The notes beneath the pieces are model-generated. The model saw only the letters and a program-made list of their open reading frames with translations, was not told the origin of the DNA and searched no databases. A stretch of DNA of 64,000 nucleotides from positions 22,446,001 to 22,510,000 of the forward strand of contig NC_058383.1 in the NCBI RefSeq assembly GCF_018350175.1. The letters are read 5' to 3'. Position numbers and translations under genes: made by a program. Shown here piece after piece: positions 27,608 to 40,899 of the stretch. Within the stretch, counting starts at the first letter, position 1; every line of letters starts with the position of its first letter. Origin of the DNA: Felis catus (lineage: Eukaryota).

Positions 27608-28049
27608 TTTCAAGTGAGAAAAGGAATTAATGAGGTAAAAAAATTAAAATTAAAAAATATATTAAAATTTAAAAATTAAAAACAAACACACCCAAAAAAA
27701 ATCAAATAAATGATGCTAGATCCTAGGTGTGTTTTGGTCTGGGTGTTGAAAGGGGCTTGATAGATTAGAGAAAAGGGGGAAAGAAAGAAAAAAAATAAAA
27801 GGAAATCATTGGAAAAAATGAATACCTTGAAGTAGAATAAAATGAAATGATGGAAGTAAAATAGAATTTGAAAACATTTACACAAAAGTGAAAAATATAG
27901 TAGGAAAAAATTAAGGAAAAATATTTTTAATAAAAATTGAAAATAAAAATAATTTTTTCTCTTTCTGCATTCAAGAAAAATGAAAAAGAGAAAAAGAGAA
28001 ATGAAAAAAAAGAAAATTGAATAGATGGACCAGTGAACAGACTGAAATA

Positions 28050-29297
28050 TGATTAAAATTACTTCATTTTCCCCTAGAAGTCAAACGGAAGCGCTTTACA
28101 GTCCGTAAACTAACCAGGTGGAGAGTTGTATTCCTGAAGAGCGAGGTTGGCCCAGTTGGGTGGGGCTTAGTGTAATGGCTCCATTCCCCACTAGACGGCG
28201 CTGCTTAGCTTACTGGGGTGGATGGTTGTGGTGCTTGTAGGTGCGTATGCGCATGCGCCAGAGCGGCAAAAATGGCGTCACCCAGCCGCTAGTCTCTTAC
28301 CAGATCTCTGTTCTCCCTGATCAGCAATTGCGCACCGTCCTTTGTCTTCGACTTCCATCCGTTCCCTGCTTTTACACCCTCCGTGACCAAGCCCCAGGCA
28401 GCACCTCCCTTCTGAGTTTTATCTCAGATGCGGGTGTGTTTCCCGACCCCGTATTTCTGCGAGACTGTGGCCTCCAGCCGTTCTGCCCCTCTGTGGAGGG
28501 TCTCACCAAGCAATGCCTGGGTGCCGGCCACACCCAGGAACGTTCGAGAGACCGTGCTGCTGCCGAGGCCCAGAGACCGCGACCGGGTGCCAGCCCGCCC
28601 CAGAAAGTTTGCGCGACAGTGTAGCAGCAGCGTTTCAGGGATTATGGCAAATCACGACCCGCGTCTGGCACCAGGCTTCACCCCTAGGGTCCGTGTTCCA
28701 GCACCAGCGAATGTGGTTTTTCTTTGGGGTCTGCCGAGGTGGCCACACAGACTCTACCAGATGCCCTCCCAGCAGGGGAACCGCCTCTCCCGTGTGGCCC
28801 GAAGACCCCCGGATTCCACTCTGCTCCCGGGATTCTTCCTTCCCACCAGAGCACCACCAGGTATCAGCTGCGGCGTTTCAGCCTCTGTGCTTCCCCTGTT
28901 TATAGAGTATTAATGGAATTGAAACCCTCTCCTTTCTCCTTTCTCTCTTTTTAATTCAGTCCCTGCGGCTGTTTCCACTTTTCCACTTTCTCTCCAGCTG
29001 CTTTTGGAAGGGGTGTTTTCCAATATTCTGCCCCCACTTGCCACCCTCATCCCCGTCTCCATCCTCTCTCCACAAGCAAAAACGGCTCCCTGCCCTCAGC
29101 GCTTCCCTCTCCCCCGTTCACTTCTCCGCACCGCGCCCCCGCTGAGTTCTGTGGTTCAGGTTGTGCAGATTGTTGTGTTAATCTTCAGATCAGTTTTCTA
29201 GGTGTGCAGGGTGGTTTAGTGTTGATCTGGCTGTATTTCATGGACGCAAGACACAAGAAAGTCTTCCACGGTGTTCTCCCATCTTGGCTCCTCCCTC
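28050..29297 (-). promoter_or_regulatory. L1 5'UTR internal promoter (CpG-rich)
   Basis: CpG density is high relative to the window. A YY1-like CAAGATGG lies near +12 of the element. A T-rich low-complexity tract (27620-28050) separates this region from ORF1. Confidence 0.75.
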
Positions 29298-30290
29298 GCC
29301 TTTGTGATTTTAAATAATAGACCTAATCCTTTATTTTTGCTAGCCACGGAAGCCATCTTGATTCATATTTTTAATTCAGGTTTTTGCTTTTATGCATTTG
29401 TAATTAATAGATGCCCGCCCTGCCTGGCCTGAGAGGAGTGGGGGAGTTGTAAGAAGTAAAAGGTATTGGCTGGGGACTGAGGTGTATTACAGAATCCGAA
29501 GAAGGGCTGAATGGCCAGGAGGAGCAATCAGGACAGGCTCAGCAGCAGGGGATGCTCAGCAGCAGTGGGGATGTTCTCCTCAGAGCAGCCTTCACAGTCC
29601 TTCTGTCAAAACCTCTAACTCCACGTGGGACAGGGGTTTAGGGTGTTGTGGTACAGATGTGGCTGCTGAGTCAATTCCAGAAAAGGGAAAACGGTTAAAT
29701 GGGCACCTGTAACACAAACGTTGACTTCTTTGTTCATCAGAAGGTTGTTGAATGAGAATGTATTTGGGTCTCTTCGGAGGAAAACAGATCAGGTCCCCAA
29801 CCCTATGACAGAGCTATCTAGAGACCAGACTGCCCATGCCCCCAGGTGCTTGGTTCTCCCTCCCTCAGAGAACCCGGAAGTTTCTGTGCTTCTAGGACCA
29901 CCATCCCCTTCTTTGGATGTGGTCCTTGCTTTGGTGGACCAAAGCTACAGGCAATTTCTGCAGAGGGAACTGCAAGAAAGCAAACCTCCAGCCTTCTGGG
30001 TTCTTTTCCATTCTGTACACAAAGGTGCAGGTCTGCCCCCTGGTGGACGCAGTCAGATAAACTCGGGGAGGAAATTACTCCCCCACATAGTGGGGAAATG
30101 CCTGAATCGGATAAATACATGTAAAGTGCTTCAAACGGATCCTGGCACAGGGTCTGCACTATATAGGTATTTGCTCAAAAAGAAAAGAAAAAAAAAAAGT
30201 CCTGTTTGATTAGGAGCGCTGGCTTTGGGGTCACACCTACATGAGTTTAAATGCCAGCTCTGTTACACACTAGTTCTGGAAGTTTGCATG

Positions 30291-30348
30291 TGTTTTAGTT
30301 TCTAGGTTTCTAGGACTGCTCTAACAAAATACAGCAAACTGGGTGGCC

Positions 30349-30393
<45 letters not shown>

Positions 30394-31045
30394 AGTTTTA
30401 TACTTTATACATACATATACTTTTTAAGTGTATTTATTTATTTTGAGTTGGGGGGTGTGCAGAGAGAGAGGGAGAGAAAGAATGCCACCAGTGCAGAGCT
30501 GATGTGGAGCTCCATCCCATGAACCCTGAGATCATGGCCTGAGCCGAAATCAAGAGTTGGCCGCTCAGCTGACCAGCTCTTTAAAAAAAAAGAAAAAAAG
30601 AAAAAAAAACAGAGGTGACTGGGTAGCTCAGTTGGTTGAGTATCTGACTCAATTTCAGCCCAGGTTATGATCTCATAGTTCATGGGTTTGAGCCCCACGT
30701 AGGGCTCACCAGTGATAGTGCAGAGCCTGTTTGGGATTCTGTCTCTCCCTCTCTCTCTGTCCCTCCCCTGTTCACCATAAGCTCACTCTCTCTCTCTCAA
30801 AATAAATAAATAAACTTACATATACATATATATGTACATATAAATACACACACACATAAATCAAAAACAAATGTATTGTTTAACTGTTCTAGAGGCTAGA
30901 AGTCTGAGATCAAAGTGTTGGTAAGACCATGCTCCCTCTGAAATCTGTAGGAGGAATCCTTTCTGGCCTCTTCCTAGTTTCTTGTGGTTTTCCAGCAATC
31001 TTTGGTGTTTTTTTTGGCTAATGTATGCATCATAAGCGTCTCCCA
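30291..31045 (-). mobile_element. MLT1C-like LTR interrupted by (TG)n and two SINEs
   Basis: ttagtttct...actgctctaacaaaatac...aaactgggtggc resumes as gttctagaggctagaagtctgagatcaa at ~30885. Confidence 0.7.
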
Positions 31046-31473
31046 TTAGATCCCTTTAGTTCTGCTTGAATTGCTTTTACAGAGACACGTTTTCTTTTTA
31101 TAATTTAATAATAAAAAGAAAGGGGAACAAGCCACAATCATGTCTGACTGGCAGGGTTGTGAGAATGAAATAAATAAGGGATGTGAACCACTTAGCGCAG
31201 TAAGCACTCGATGAATAGTGACTGCCTGTATTCTCGCCGCAGCTTTCATCGAAACATTAATTTTAATAGACAGCAACTGGAAACAAGCTAATTGTCCAAC
31301 TAATGGGAAAGATTTATTCAGGAAATTACAGTTCAGCCGCTTGATACATTATGAAGCGGCATTAAAAATTACATTGACCAAACGTCTATAATAACAAAGA
31401 AAATTGTTCACGATATAATGTAAAAGGGAAAATAAAAAGCAGGACACAAAATTCAAGCTTTGTAGCATGTTTA

Positions 31474-31688
31474 TTTTTTCAACTTTTTTTTTTTTTTTTT
31501 TTTTTGGGACAGAGAGAGACAGCATGAACGGGGGAGGGGCAGAGAGAGAGGGAGACACAGAATCGGAAACAGGCTCCAGGCTCGGAGCCATCAGCCCAGA
31601 GCCTGACGCGGGGCTCGAACTCACGGACCGCGAGATCGTGACCTGGCTGAAGTCCGACGCTTAACCGACTGCGCCACCCAGGCGCCCC
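31474..31688 (-). mobile_element. Young SINEC_Fc-type Can-SINE
   Basis: Same diagnostics, with a long pure poly(T); 17-bp TSD gctttgtagcatgttta at 31457-31473 and 31691-31707. Confidence 0.95.
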
Positions 31689-33114
31689 ATGCTTTGTAGC
31701 ATGTTTAAAAAATAAGTAAGATAATGGAAGCAACGTAAAAGCAGCTTTGCTAGTGTAGTAGAATTGTGAGCAATTTCTTTTTCTTCCTTCTGTTTCTTTT
31801 TCTGTGTTGGTAGTTTCCATGCCCCACTTTTGGGGGACATTTTAATTTTTTTTATTTGTTTGATTTTAAGGGGTTTCTTAAGGTGTTTTTTGTTGTTGTT
31901 TTGAGAGAGAGAGAGAGAGAGAGAGAGCGAGTAGGAGGGACAGAGAAAGAGGGAGAGAGAGAAATCCAAGCAGGTTCCATGCTGTCGGTGCAGAGCCTGA
32001 TGTGGGGCTCAGACTCACAAACCATGAGATTGTGACCGGAACCAAAATCAAGAGTCAGCCACTTCACCGACTGAGCTCCCCAGGCACCCCTTGATTTTAA
32101 GTTTTTAATTTTAATTCCAGTATAGTTAATATACAGTGTTCCATTAGTTTCAGGCGTACAATACAGTGATCAAAAATGCTAAACACTACTCAGTAGGAAC
32201 ATGCCCTACTTTTACAACAAGAAAACAAGATCACTGCAAGTAACAACAACAGCAACAAAAAGATAAAGTTGACATTATACCCCCTTTAGAAGGATTTCAT
32301 ATCCAGCTGAATAATCACCCTCCCCACTTTACAGAAACCCTCATTTTCCAGTGAGAAACATCTCCAATGTCACCACTGAGAGGCTACGTTTTCAGATCTG
32401 CAGTGATGATCCCTCAAGTTGCTAGATCTTTCTCAGCATTTCTTTTTTCCCTCACTTCTGCCAGTTCTATTCTAAACTTTTTAATTTTTCCTTTTCAACA
32501 TGTTCCCGAGTCTCTCCTATCTCTCTCTGTCCCTAAACACTTGTATTGAGAGAAGATGAGGGACAGAATCCATTTTCCCAACCTTTGTTTTCCATCTTGA
32601 TAAGCAGGCAACTGGCCAAGCAACCTTGATGTTCCCAACCATTTCAAGTCTAAATCTTCTCCGAACAAACTACTTCTGTAGTTCTTGTTACTTGAGGTCA
32701 TAAATGTCTTTATTGTTGAGAGCTAAGGGGAACATCCTGTTCTTCTCTTGGTAGTTTTTCTAATTCTGAAGCGTTTTGGTCCCTCCTTCAACTCCTGCTA
32801 CTTTTTCCCTTCTTCTTGGCTGCTGCCCGGAGATGGTTTTCCCAAGTGTAGTCCCTCTTAGCACCCTCAAATGGGAGATCTCGCTGGGGATAATTCCTAA
32901 TTCTGTGTCCTTGGGGCCAGGGAGAACACAAATGCCTTGTCCCACTCCATGCTCCCTTTCCACCCTGCATTTCTGGCTCCCATCTGTTATTATGAACACA
33001 TTGCATTTTGTAAGTGCTCATTACCCAAAACTCAAGTTCCAGTTTCCTCCATTCTCCTTCAAGAATCATCTTCTGAGATATTGGAGTAGGGTCTTAAGAC
33101 CTTATTAAAAGGAT

Positions 33115-34405
33115 GGAAAGATAGACTGGTACCTACAGACTAAGAGAAAATATTTGTAAACCACGTATCCAATAAAGGACTAGTATCCACAATATATAAA
33201 GAACTCTTACAACTCAATAGCAAAAAAAGCAAACAAACAAACAAGCACCAATCCAATCAGAAAATGAGCAAAAGATATGGAGATATTTTATATGAAGAGC
33301 ATATATAGATGGCAAATAAGCACATGAAAAGATGTTTAATATCATCAGCCATGAGGGAAATGCAAATTAAAATCACAGTGAGATATCACCTCACACCTGT
33401 GAGAAAGACTAAATAAAAAATAGTGACAACACCAAATGTTGGCAAGGATGTGAAGAAATATACATTGCTAATGAGAATGCAAAATGTTACAGCCATTCTG
33501 GAAACAGTTTGCTGTTTATTTTTTTTGTTTTTAATTTTTTTTAATTAATTTTTTTTTTTTTTTTTTGAGAGAGAGAGAGAGACCAAGCACGAGCAGGGGA
33601 GGAGCAGAGAGAGAGGGAGACACAGAGTCCGAAGCAGGCTCCAGGCTCTGAGCTGTCAGCACGGAGCCCAACCTGGAGCTCAGACTCACGAACCGTGAGA
33701 TTATGACCTGAGCCGAAGTCAGATGCTTAACCGACTGAGCCACCCAGGTGCCCTAACGGTTTGCAGTTTCTTAAGAAACTAAATATGCACTAGCTATATG
33801 ACCCCAGCCATTGCACTTTTGGGCGTTCATCCTAGAGAAATGACAATTTATGCTCACACAGAAACCTCCACACAAATGTTTACCATAGCTTTATTCATCT
33901 TAGTCAAAAACTGGAAACAACACAAATGTCTTTCACTAGATAAATGGCTAAATAGAAACTGGAACACCCATACCATGGGATACTATTCAGCAATTAAAAA
34001 GAATGAATTATTGATACAGGCAACAGTCTCCAAAAAATGATGCTGAGGGGTAAAAAAAGCCAGGCCCCAAAGGTCACATACTACATGACTCCATTTATAT
34101 AACATTCTTAAACTGACAAAATTATATAAACAGAGAAGAGATTAGTTGTTGCTCGGAATTGAGGGGGAGTGGGGGAAGATGAGAGTAAAGTAGTTGTGGC
34201 TATAAAAAGGCAACGTGAAAGGTCTGTGTGGTGATGGGAATGTTTCTGTATCTTGACCATAGCTTTCAATATTGTGGTTGTGATATTATACAATAGTGTT
34301 GCAAGGAGCTGTAATCGGGAGAAACTCGATAAATAGTACTTGGGATCTCCCTAAACTTTTTCTTACAACTGCATATAGATCTACAAAATCTCAAAATAAA
34401 AAGCT
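33115..34405 (+). mobile_element. Old L1 (L1MB/MC-like) 3' end
   Basis: ORF 33798..34040 (PAIALLG..QMFTIALFILVKNWKQHKC) and a 3'UTR ending tctcaaaataaaaa. Confidence 0.85.
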
Positions 34406-37341
34406 TACTTTCTTTATGAAGGAGAATTACAACATGTAAAGGGGGAAAAAATGATACTGGTTGTTAAATATTACTCACCTTATGGCTAATACTTGTGTAC
34501 TACTTACTATGGGTGATGTACTGCCCATAGGTACTGCTAGGTACTTTACAATTTTTTAATATTTATTTATTTTGAGAGAGAAAGCAGAGGAGGGGCAGAG
34601 ATAGAGAGAGGGAGAAAGAGAATCCCAAGCAGGCTCTGTGCTGTCAGCACAGAGCTCAGTGCGGGACTCGAACTCATGAACCGTGAGATCCTGACCTGAG
34701 CCGAAATCAAGAGTTGGATGCTTAACCATCTGAGCCACCCAGGCGCCCCTTTTATTTATTTATTTTTAAGTAGGCTTCACACCCACCCAGCAAGGAGCAC
34801 AACATGGAACTCGAACTCACAACCCTGAGATCAAGCCCTGAGCTGGGATCAAGAGTTGGACACAACTGACTGAGCCATCTAGGTACTTCAAATTATTAAT
34901 TTCACTTTCTTTTTTTTTTTTTAACGTATATTTATTTTTGAGACAGAGAGAGACAGAGCATGAACGGGGGAGGGGCAGAGAGAGAGGGAGACACAGAATC
35001 AGAAGCAGGCTCCAGGCTCCAAGCCATCAGCCCAGAGCCCGACGTGGGGCTCGAACTCACGGACCACGAGATCATGACCTGAGCCGAAGTCAGACGCCTA
35101 ACCCACTAGGCCACCCAGGCACCCCTTAATTTCACTTTCTTAAATCCTATAAAGTAGTACTATTATGCTCTTTTTTTTATAGGTTAGGACACTAGTGCTA
35201 AGCAACTTGCCCAAGGTGACATGGCTAGTAGGAGGTGGGTGTGGAATTAGAACACAGGCACTCTGATTCTACAGTCCTTGGTTTTAGTCACTATGCTGTG
35301 TGCAAAGCCAGGCCACTCACAGGGGCCTCTTCCTAGAGAAACACTCTAGTTTCCAGCCTTGCTATTCTGGCCTCAGCCTCTCCCTTCCTCAGTGCCTCCT
35401 TTCTGGGCCTCCAGGGTGTATGTCTCCATCTCTCTTTTTAGGGAATGTTCAGCATCAAGAAACAGAACCTGCCAATTCATCTTACGTTAAACTCTGAGGA
35501 ATTGTTATTATCTCCCATAATAAAATGAAGCAGCTTCAGAGGTGGTTGAGTCGGCAGCTCAATTATATCAGTGAAGCCCAGCTTCTTTCTGCTTTTCCGT
35601 TCCGTCATGCTTGACCTATCAGCCTCTTCATGGCCACAAGATGGCTGCCCAAGCACCAGGCAGCACTTTTACACAACAGTATCCAGAGACAGTGGAGGGG
35701 TTGTTTCTTCCCTCTTTTTCTCGTCTCGATTAACAAGAAAAACCTTTGCCAGAACCCCCAGCACACTCTCTACTTGTGTCTCCTGGGTCAGAATTTCTAA
35801 GGTCATGCATAAGCCAATTATTAAGCAAGGGGAACAAGAAAACAAGGTTGGTTTAGACCAACTGTGCCACTTCTCAGGGGTAGAGACTACCTTCCCTGAA
35901 GAACATGACCACATGGAAGACAGAAGGTAACTAGAAGAAAAAAAGGGGGGGGGGGGAGAGGAAATGCTCACATGCTCATTGCCTAGCAAAACCGATGTTT
36001 GTCTCACACAACTCACGGACATGGACCTCATGTTGGGATTCATCTTTGTCTTTTCACGAGCACAATCTCCTGAAGACCAGCCTTGCAGATCAGAAACAGG
36101 ACCGTCTAGCTCAGCAGTTCTCAAACATTCACGTGCCCAAAGAGGAGAGTGCAAGAAAGCTGGAACTTGATACTAAATCTGCTTCATTCTGACACCTGGG
36201 CTCTTCTCAACCACTGTGCTATTAAGCTCCTACTGTGTGCCAGGTATTGGACAAGGAGCTCCCTTAATGCCTAGAGTGGGGGTCAAGCCTGAGAATTTTC
36301 CCTTTCCAGTGTCCACATGACCTGTTCCATCTCTCTCCCAGTACAAGTTATACTTGGCTACCAGTTTCCATTCCTTCTAGGCAAAGGTCTGCTCTAGAAA
36401 TTCTCATCGAGGGATCCTGGCCCCATTGTGTGTTTCCATTCTGTCCTCAACTCATCAAGATTCCTCACTTTCCATGAAAAAAAGGGTGTGTGTATGTGTG
36501 TGTGTGATAAACAGATTCTCTCCCAACTCCTTCCATGACCAGTTTTGTGTCCCAACCCACTTGGGACCACAGTTTTCCCATAGTGATGTCCTGACCTGGA
36601 AGTTTCTACTGTCCTTCCAGCTTTGACATCCTGAAACCTGGGAACACAGAAGGGCTGCAGGTGGGCATGAGAAAAAGAGGAGGAAAGGAGATTAGAGCTA
36701 AGCTTGGGGAGCATTGCCTTTCTCTGGGGAGAAAGGTGGCTGATCATTGATGCTGCTGGATCTCATCAAACTCGGGAGCTCTCTTAGAATGCTTATTTGA
36801 ATCTAGGAAACTAATGAGCAGTTGCCAAAGCCACCTTTCTGCTAATGGTTGCACGTTGTATTCCAGCTAATGAGCCTTGATTGGCACCACATTCAAATGC
36901 AAATCTGGGTCTTTGTTTCTTACAAATACCTTTTTTTTTTCTTTAAAATGCAAGCCCTGGGAGACTGGGAGTTTCAACTTGATTGCAAATCTAAAATGAG
37001 GCTTGGGGACTTTATTCCTTTAATTGCTACCCCAGATCTGCCTGCTCACCCCATTTTCCCAGAGTCATCAAAAAGGTTCTTTTGGAGTAGACCTTACATC
37101 TAAAAGAGAGAGTAGGCTCAAAACTGGATAGAAGTTGGTGCAGGTTCTAACCTAGTACGATCGGGGCATCTGGGTGGCTCAAGAGTTGGCTAAGTGTCCA
37201 ACTCTTGATTTTGGCTCATGTCATGATCTCACAGTTTGTGGGTTCAAGCCCTGCATTGGTCTCCGAGGTGACAGTGCAGAACCTGCTTGGGATTCTCTCT
37301 CTCTCTCTCTGTCTCTCCCCTGCTCGTTCACCCGTGTGCAT

Positions 37342-37382
<41 letters not shown>

Positions 37383-37551
37383 ATAAATTAATAAACTTAA
37401 AAAAAAAAAAACCACCTAGTAAGAGGCAGTAACGTCTGCACCAATATTGTGAAAAGATGCCCTCCCTTGTCCACTCCTCTGTGAATCTCAAAACCTGACT
37501 ATCTCGTAGCTTCTGAGTTTGACAGTTTTTCATCCTAGTCTTAATAGCCAT

Positions 37552-37898
37552 TGTTAAAAAACAAAAATTCAACTGAAAAATCATGAACGGAGAAGCACCC
37601 AATCTAGCAGACAGAAAGGGGCTCTGAAGAGCTATATAGGCAAGAGACTGTATAGGCAGAAGGGAGCAGGAACCATGCAAAATGCAGATTGGTTGTTGCA
37701 AGGTTACTTTCCTTCTAGGGGAGGGAAGAGGTCTGTCAGGCAGATGACCTATCAAATGCTGCTCTGACAACTCCTGATTGGCTGGTTTAAGATTCCATTT
37801 CTGGGAGAGTCAAAACTGTATTTCAGAGAGGTCTTGGTGTGGTGATGTGGGCTTAGCATACACGACTCCACTTTAGGTCTGTTGTCTTATCTTTAACA
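37552..37898 (-). mobile_element. ERV1-type solo LTR (carnivore)
   Basis: Inverted termini TGTTAAA...TTTAACA with 4-bp flanks ccat/caat; homologous to 38844-39728. Confidence 0.75.
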
Positions 37899-38495
37899 CA
37901 ATCGTGTCAACAAGTTACCTTACCATGCCTTGTTGAAAATGTACTTCAGAGAACAACTATTCCCCTGACTGTACCTCTCCTGAACAAAGAGGATCTAGCT
38001 CAGACACAGTGGGTGTTTAATGATTGCCTGTTGGGCTAATACATTTATGTGCAGCAAGATAGCCCATTTCTGCCACCGTCTTTTAGTCTTTCCATCTATT
38101 TCTGACATTCCCAAGATTAGTCCGAGGGTACAGCATCCAGTGCAATAGCTGAACTATGAGTCAGGTTCATGAGGATTATTTTCTTCAGAGATGGAGAAGT
38201 TGTTAAGCCCAGCTGACTAGATAGGCTCCCACCAGGCCCTATGGCTGAGTCGCCCCTGGCCGAGACTGCTGAAGTGAGCACCTCTCTCTCCTCTCCTGAG
38301 TTGTTGCACTGGGACACAGTGGCTCAGGTCTGAGAAAGGAGGCAGTACACATGGCATGGGACTTAAAGCATGGACTTTGCCACCACTTGTCCTGGATTTG
38401 AGACTGAGCTCTGCCCAATAGCAGCTGTGTGACCAAGTTCCTTAGCTTCTCCAAGCATCTGTTTCTTCATTAGTAAAATGGGGGTGATAAGAGAA

Positions 38496-39583
38496 TGCAG
38501 TGGGTTGTTTGCAAGATGGCTCCCATAATTCTCTTCCACCCCATATCCATAGCTTGAGTAGGTCACTTCCATACATAATCTGGTTTTAGCCATGTGACTT
38601 GCTTTGACCAATGGGACATTAGCAAATGTGATACAGGCAGAGACTGAAGATGTATTTGCATATTAGGGCTTATTCTCTGGCTGCTGAGAACCTTCCCACT
38701 ACTATGTTGAATAAGTATGAGCTAGCTGATAAGAAACATGTGGCAGTCACCCCAGTTGACTTTGGGCCAGTTGCCAGACATATGGGTCAAGCTATCCTAG
38801 ATCAGCTCCAGCCAAGCCACCCCAAATCAGATAAACTCTCAGCTGTTAAAAAAACAAAAACAAAAAAACAGGGGCATCTGGGTGGCTCAGTTGGTTAAGC
38901 ATCCAACTCCTAATCTTGGCTCAGGTCATGATCTCACAGTTCATGAGATCGAGCCCTGCACTGGGTTCTGTGCTGGCAGTGCAAATCCTGTTGGGATTAT
39001 CTCTCCCTCTATCTCTGTCCCATCCTCTCCTTCTCTCTCTGTCTCTCTCTCTCAAAATAAATAAATAAGCATTTTCTTAAAGACTCAAAAAAACCCCCAA
39101 AATCAACTGAGTAAATGTCAACTGTATTGGCTTTATTCAGTGATTCGTGCATCAGCAGGTAGAAAAGAGTCCTGAATAGTTGTACAAAATAAAATAAAAG
39201 ACTTACAGGCAGAAGGAACAAGGGCAAGAAAGTTATATGTACAAAAAATGGATTGGTTGTAGCAAAGTCACTTTCCTTTAGGGGAGGGCAGGAGTCTATC
39301 AGGCAGATTACCTAACTAGTGCTAACCAGGTAATTCCTAATTAACTGGTTTAAAATTCCACTTCTGGGGGGCGCCTGGGTGGCTCAGTCGGTTAAGCGGC
39401 CGACTTCAGCTCAGGTCATGATCTCGCGGTCTGTGAGGGCTGTGAGTTCGAGCCCCGCGTCAGGCTCTGTGCTGATAGCTCAGAGCCTGGAGCCTGTTTC
39501 AGATTCTGTGTCTCCCTCTCTCTGACCCTCCCCTGTTCATGCTCTGTCTCTCTCTGTCTCAAAAATAAATAAATGTTAAAAAA

Positions 39584-39622
<39 letters not shown>

Positions 39623-39826
39623 AATTCCACTTCTGGGAGAGCCAAAATGATAATTAAGTTTCAATTTGGTAATATGGGACTTACCACAAGAGACACTGCA
39701 TTTGGGGCCTGTTGTCTTATGTTTAATGCAGCAAAACCATGGAACTATGAGAAATAACAAATGTGTGTCACTTTAAGACATGACATTTGGGGGAATTCTG
39801 TTACGCAGCAAAAGCTGACTAATACA
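38496..39826 (+). mobile_element. MLT1G/H-like LTR hosting an ERV1 LTR and SINEs
   Basis: Contains aagatggctccca...ccatgtgacttgctttgaccaatggga and ends ttctgttacgcagcaaaagctgactaataca. Confidence 0.7.
38844..39728 (-). mobile_element. ERV1-type solo LTR (same family as 37552) with two SINE insertions
   Basis: Starts TGTTAAA, shares internal sequence with the 37552 LTR (gattggttgt.gcaa.gt.actttcctt, ctgttgtcttat), and has a 4-bp TSD cagc/cagc. Confidence 0.75.
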
Positions 39827-40899
39827 CATAGTCTTACTCCTAGGGATATGTGAGCCTAAAATGTATATGCATTTAAAGCGCTTCAACCAGTGCCTGACAC
39901 ATAATAAGCATGAAATCAATATTGGTTGTATCATCTGATCTGTGAAGGCAGGATACTGAAAAGCTCCTGGCGGCAATCTCCACTGCTATAGAGAGGACAT
40001 GGGAGGAAAGTCTGCTTTATTTAGTCAACACATAGGGTCTGACCTGGTTCTCACCCACAGGGAGGCTCTTCCAGAGCCTGCAAAATTACCACCAATCACT
40101 GCTGATCTGCATGGATTGTGAGTACCTCATTCCAGTTCCATCTTGGTGAGTCACATCTACTGCAAAATCAGCCAGTGGGAAGGGGGCAGGCCCTTTTACT
40201 CCGATGCCACCAATGAAAACCTGCCACTGCCTATCCCTGACCCAATGAGAAACACCCCACTCGCCCACCCAGATGGTCTGATGAGCGCTCTTCCCCACTC
40301 ACTAGTCAGCAGGTCTGGGGAAAATCTTGGCAGAATGGATTCACATTTGGAATATTCCTTCTCATCCCCAAATGTCAATGCCTCTGAGCCTCTGACTTGC
40401 ACCCCATTCCTATGTCCAAAGAGCACCTCACGTGTACTCACATATCAGTTTTCCACTGCAGTCTTAAAGCACAAAAGTTCCTTCTCTCTTTGGCCTCAGA
40501 TTGAGGCACAGGACAACACCACATAAAGGAAGAACTATCTGAGAGTGTCCCTTGTGAGACGGGTGTACTGGTATTGAGTAACAGCTCCCCAGATTCACAA
40601 AGCTTCCAGGAGAGGTGAACTCTGCACAGAACCAGCTACACCCCATCACTACACCATGGCAACCCTGTTTGTTTTCCCGACAATCAGCAGGGTTCTCATA
40701 AAAGCAGTTCTGCATATTCCTAAAGCCAAACACTGGAAATAACCCACACGTCCTTCAACAGTAGGGTGGGTTAAAAAAAAAAAAAAAAAGGTGTGGTTGA
40801 TTCACACAATGGAATGGAATGCCATAGAGTAGTGAAAATGCACAAACACTTCACATAATAACGTGTATGAATGTCACAAACATAAAGTTAAGTGAAAGA

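Larger units (their letters stand above)
22529..29299 (-). mobile_element. Full-length (~6.8 kb) carnivore/felid LINE-1, inactivated
   Basis: The 5' end reads GAGGGAGGAGCCAAGATGG on the minus strand at ~29297. It has a CpG-rich 5'UTR, ORF1 and ORF2 fragments, a 3'UTR and a poly(A) tail. TSD ctttgtgatttta at 22516-22528 and 29300-29312. Confidence 0.96.

Noticed and set aside
27620..28050. A-rich repetitive tract as a separate element or array
   Set aside because: It lies between the L1 promoter and ORF1 inside the L1 TSDs, so it is a low-complexity part of the 5'UTR.
28428..28913. 161-aa antisense ORF in the L1 5'UTR as an ORF0 analogue
   Set aside because: The GC-rich region has overlapping long ORFs in several frames, and I see no recognisable homology. 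It is unsupported unless shown to be conserved in the subfamily consensus.
29721..30209. 162-aa ORF
   Set aside because: It has a non-ATG start, runs through repeat-like sequence into an A-run and contains no recognisable domain.
37552..39728. Two homologous same-orientation LTRs as the ends of one provirus
   Set aside because: Each has its own 4-bp flanks, the second sits inside an MLT1 element, they are quite divergent, and no internal gag/pol sequence lies between them.
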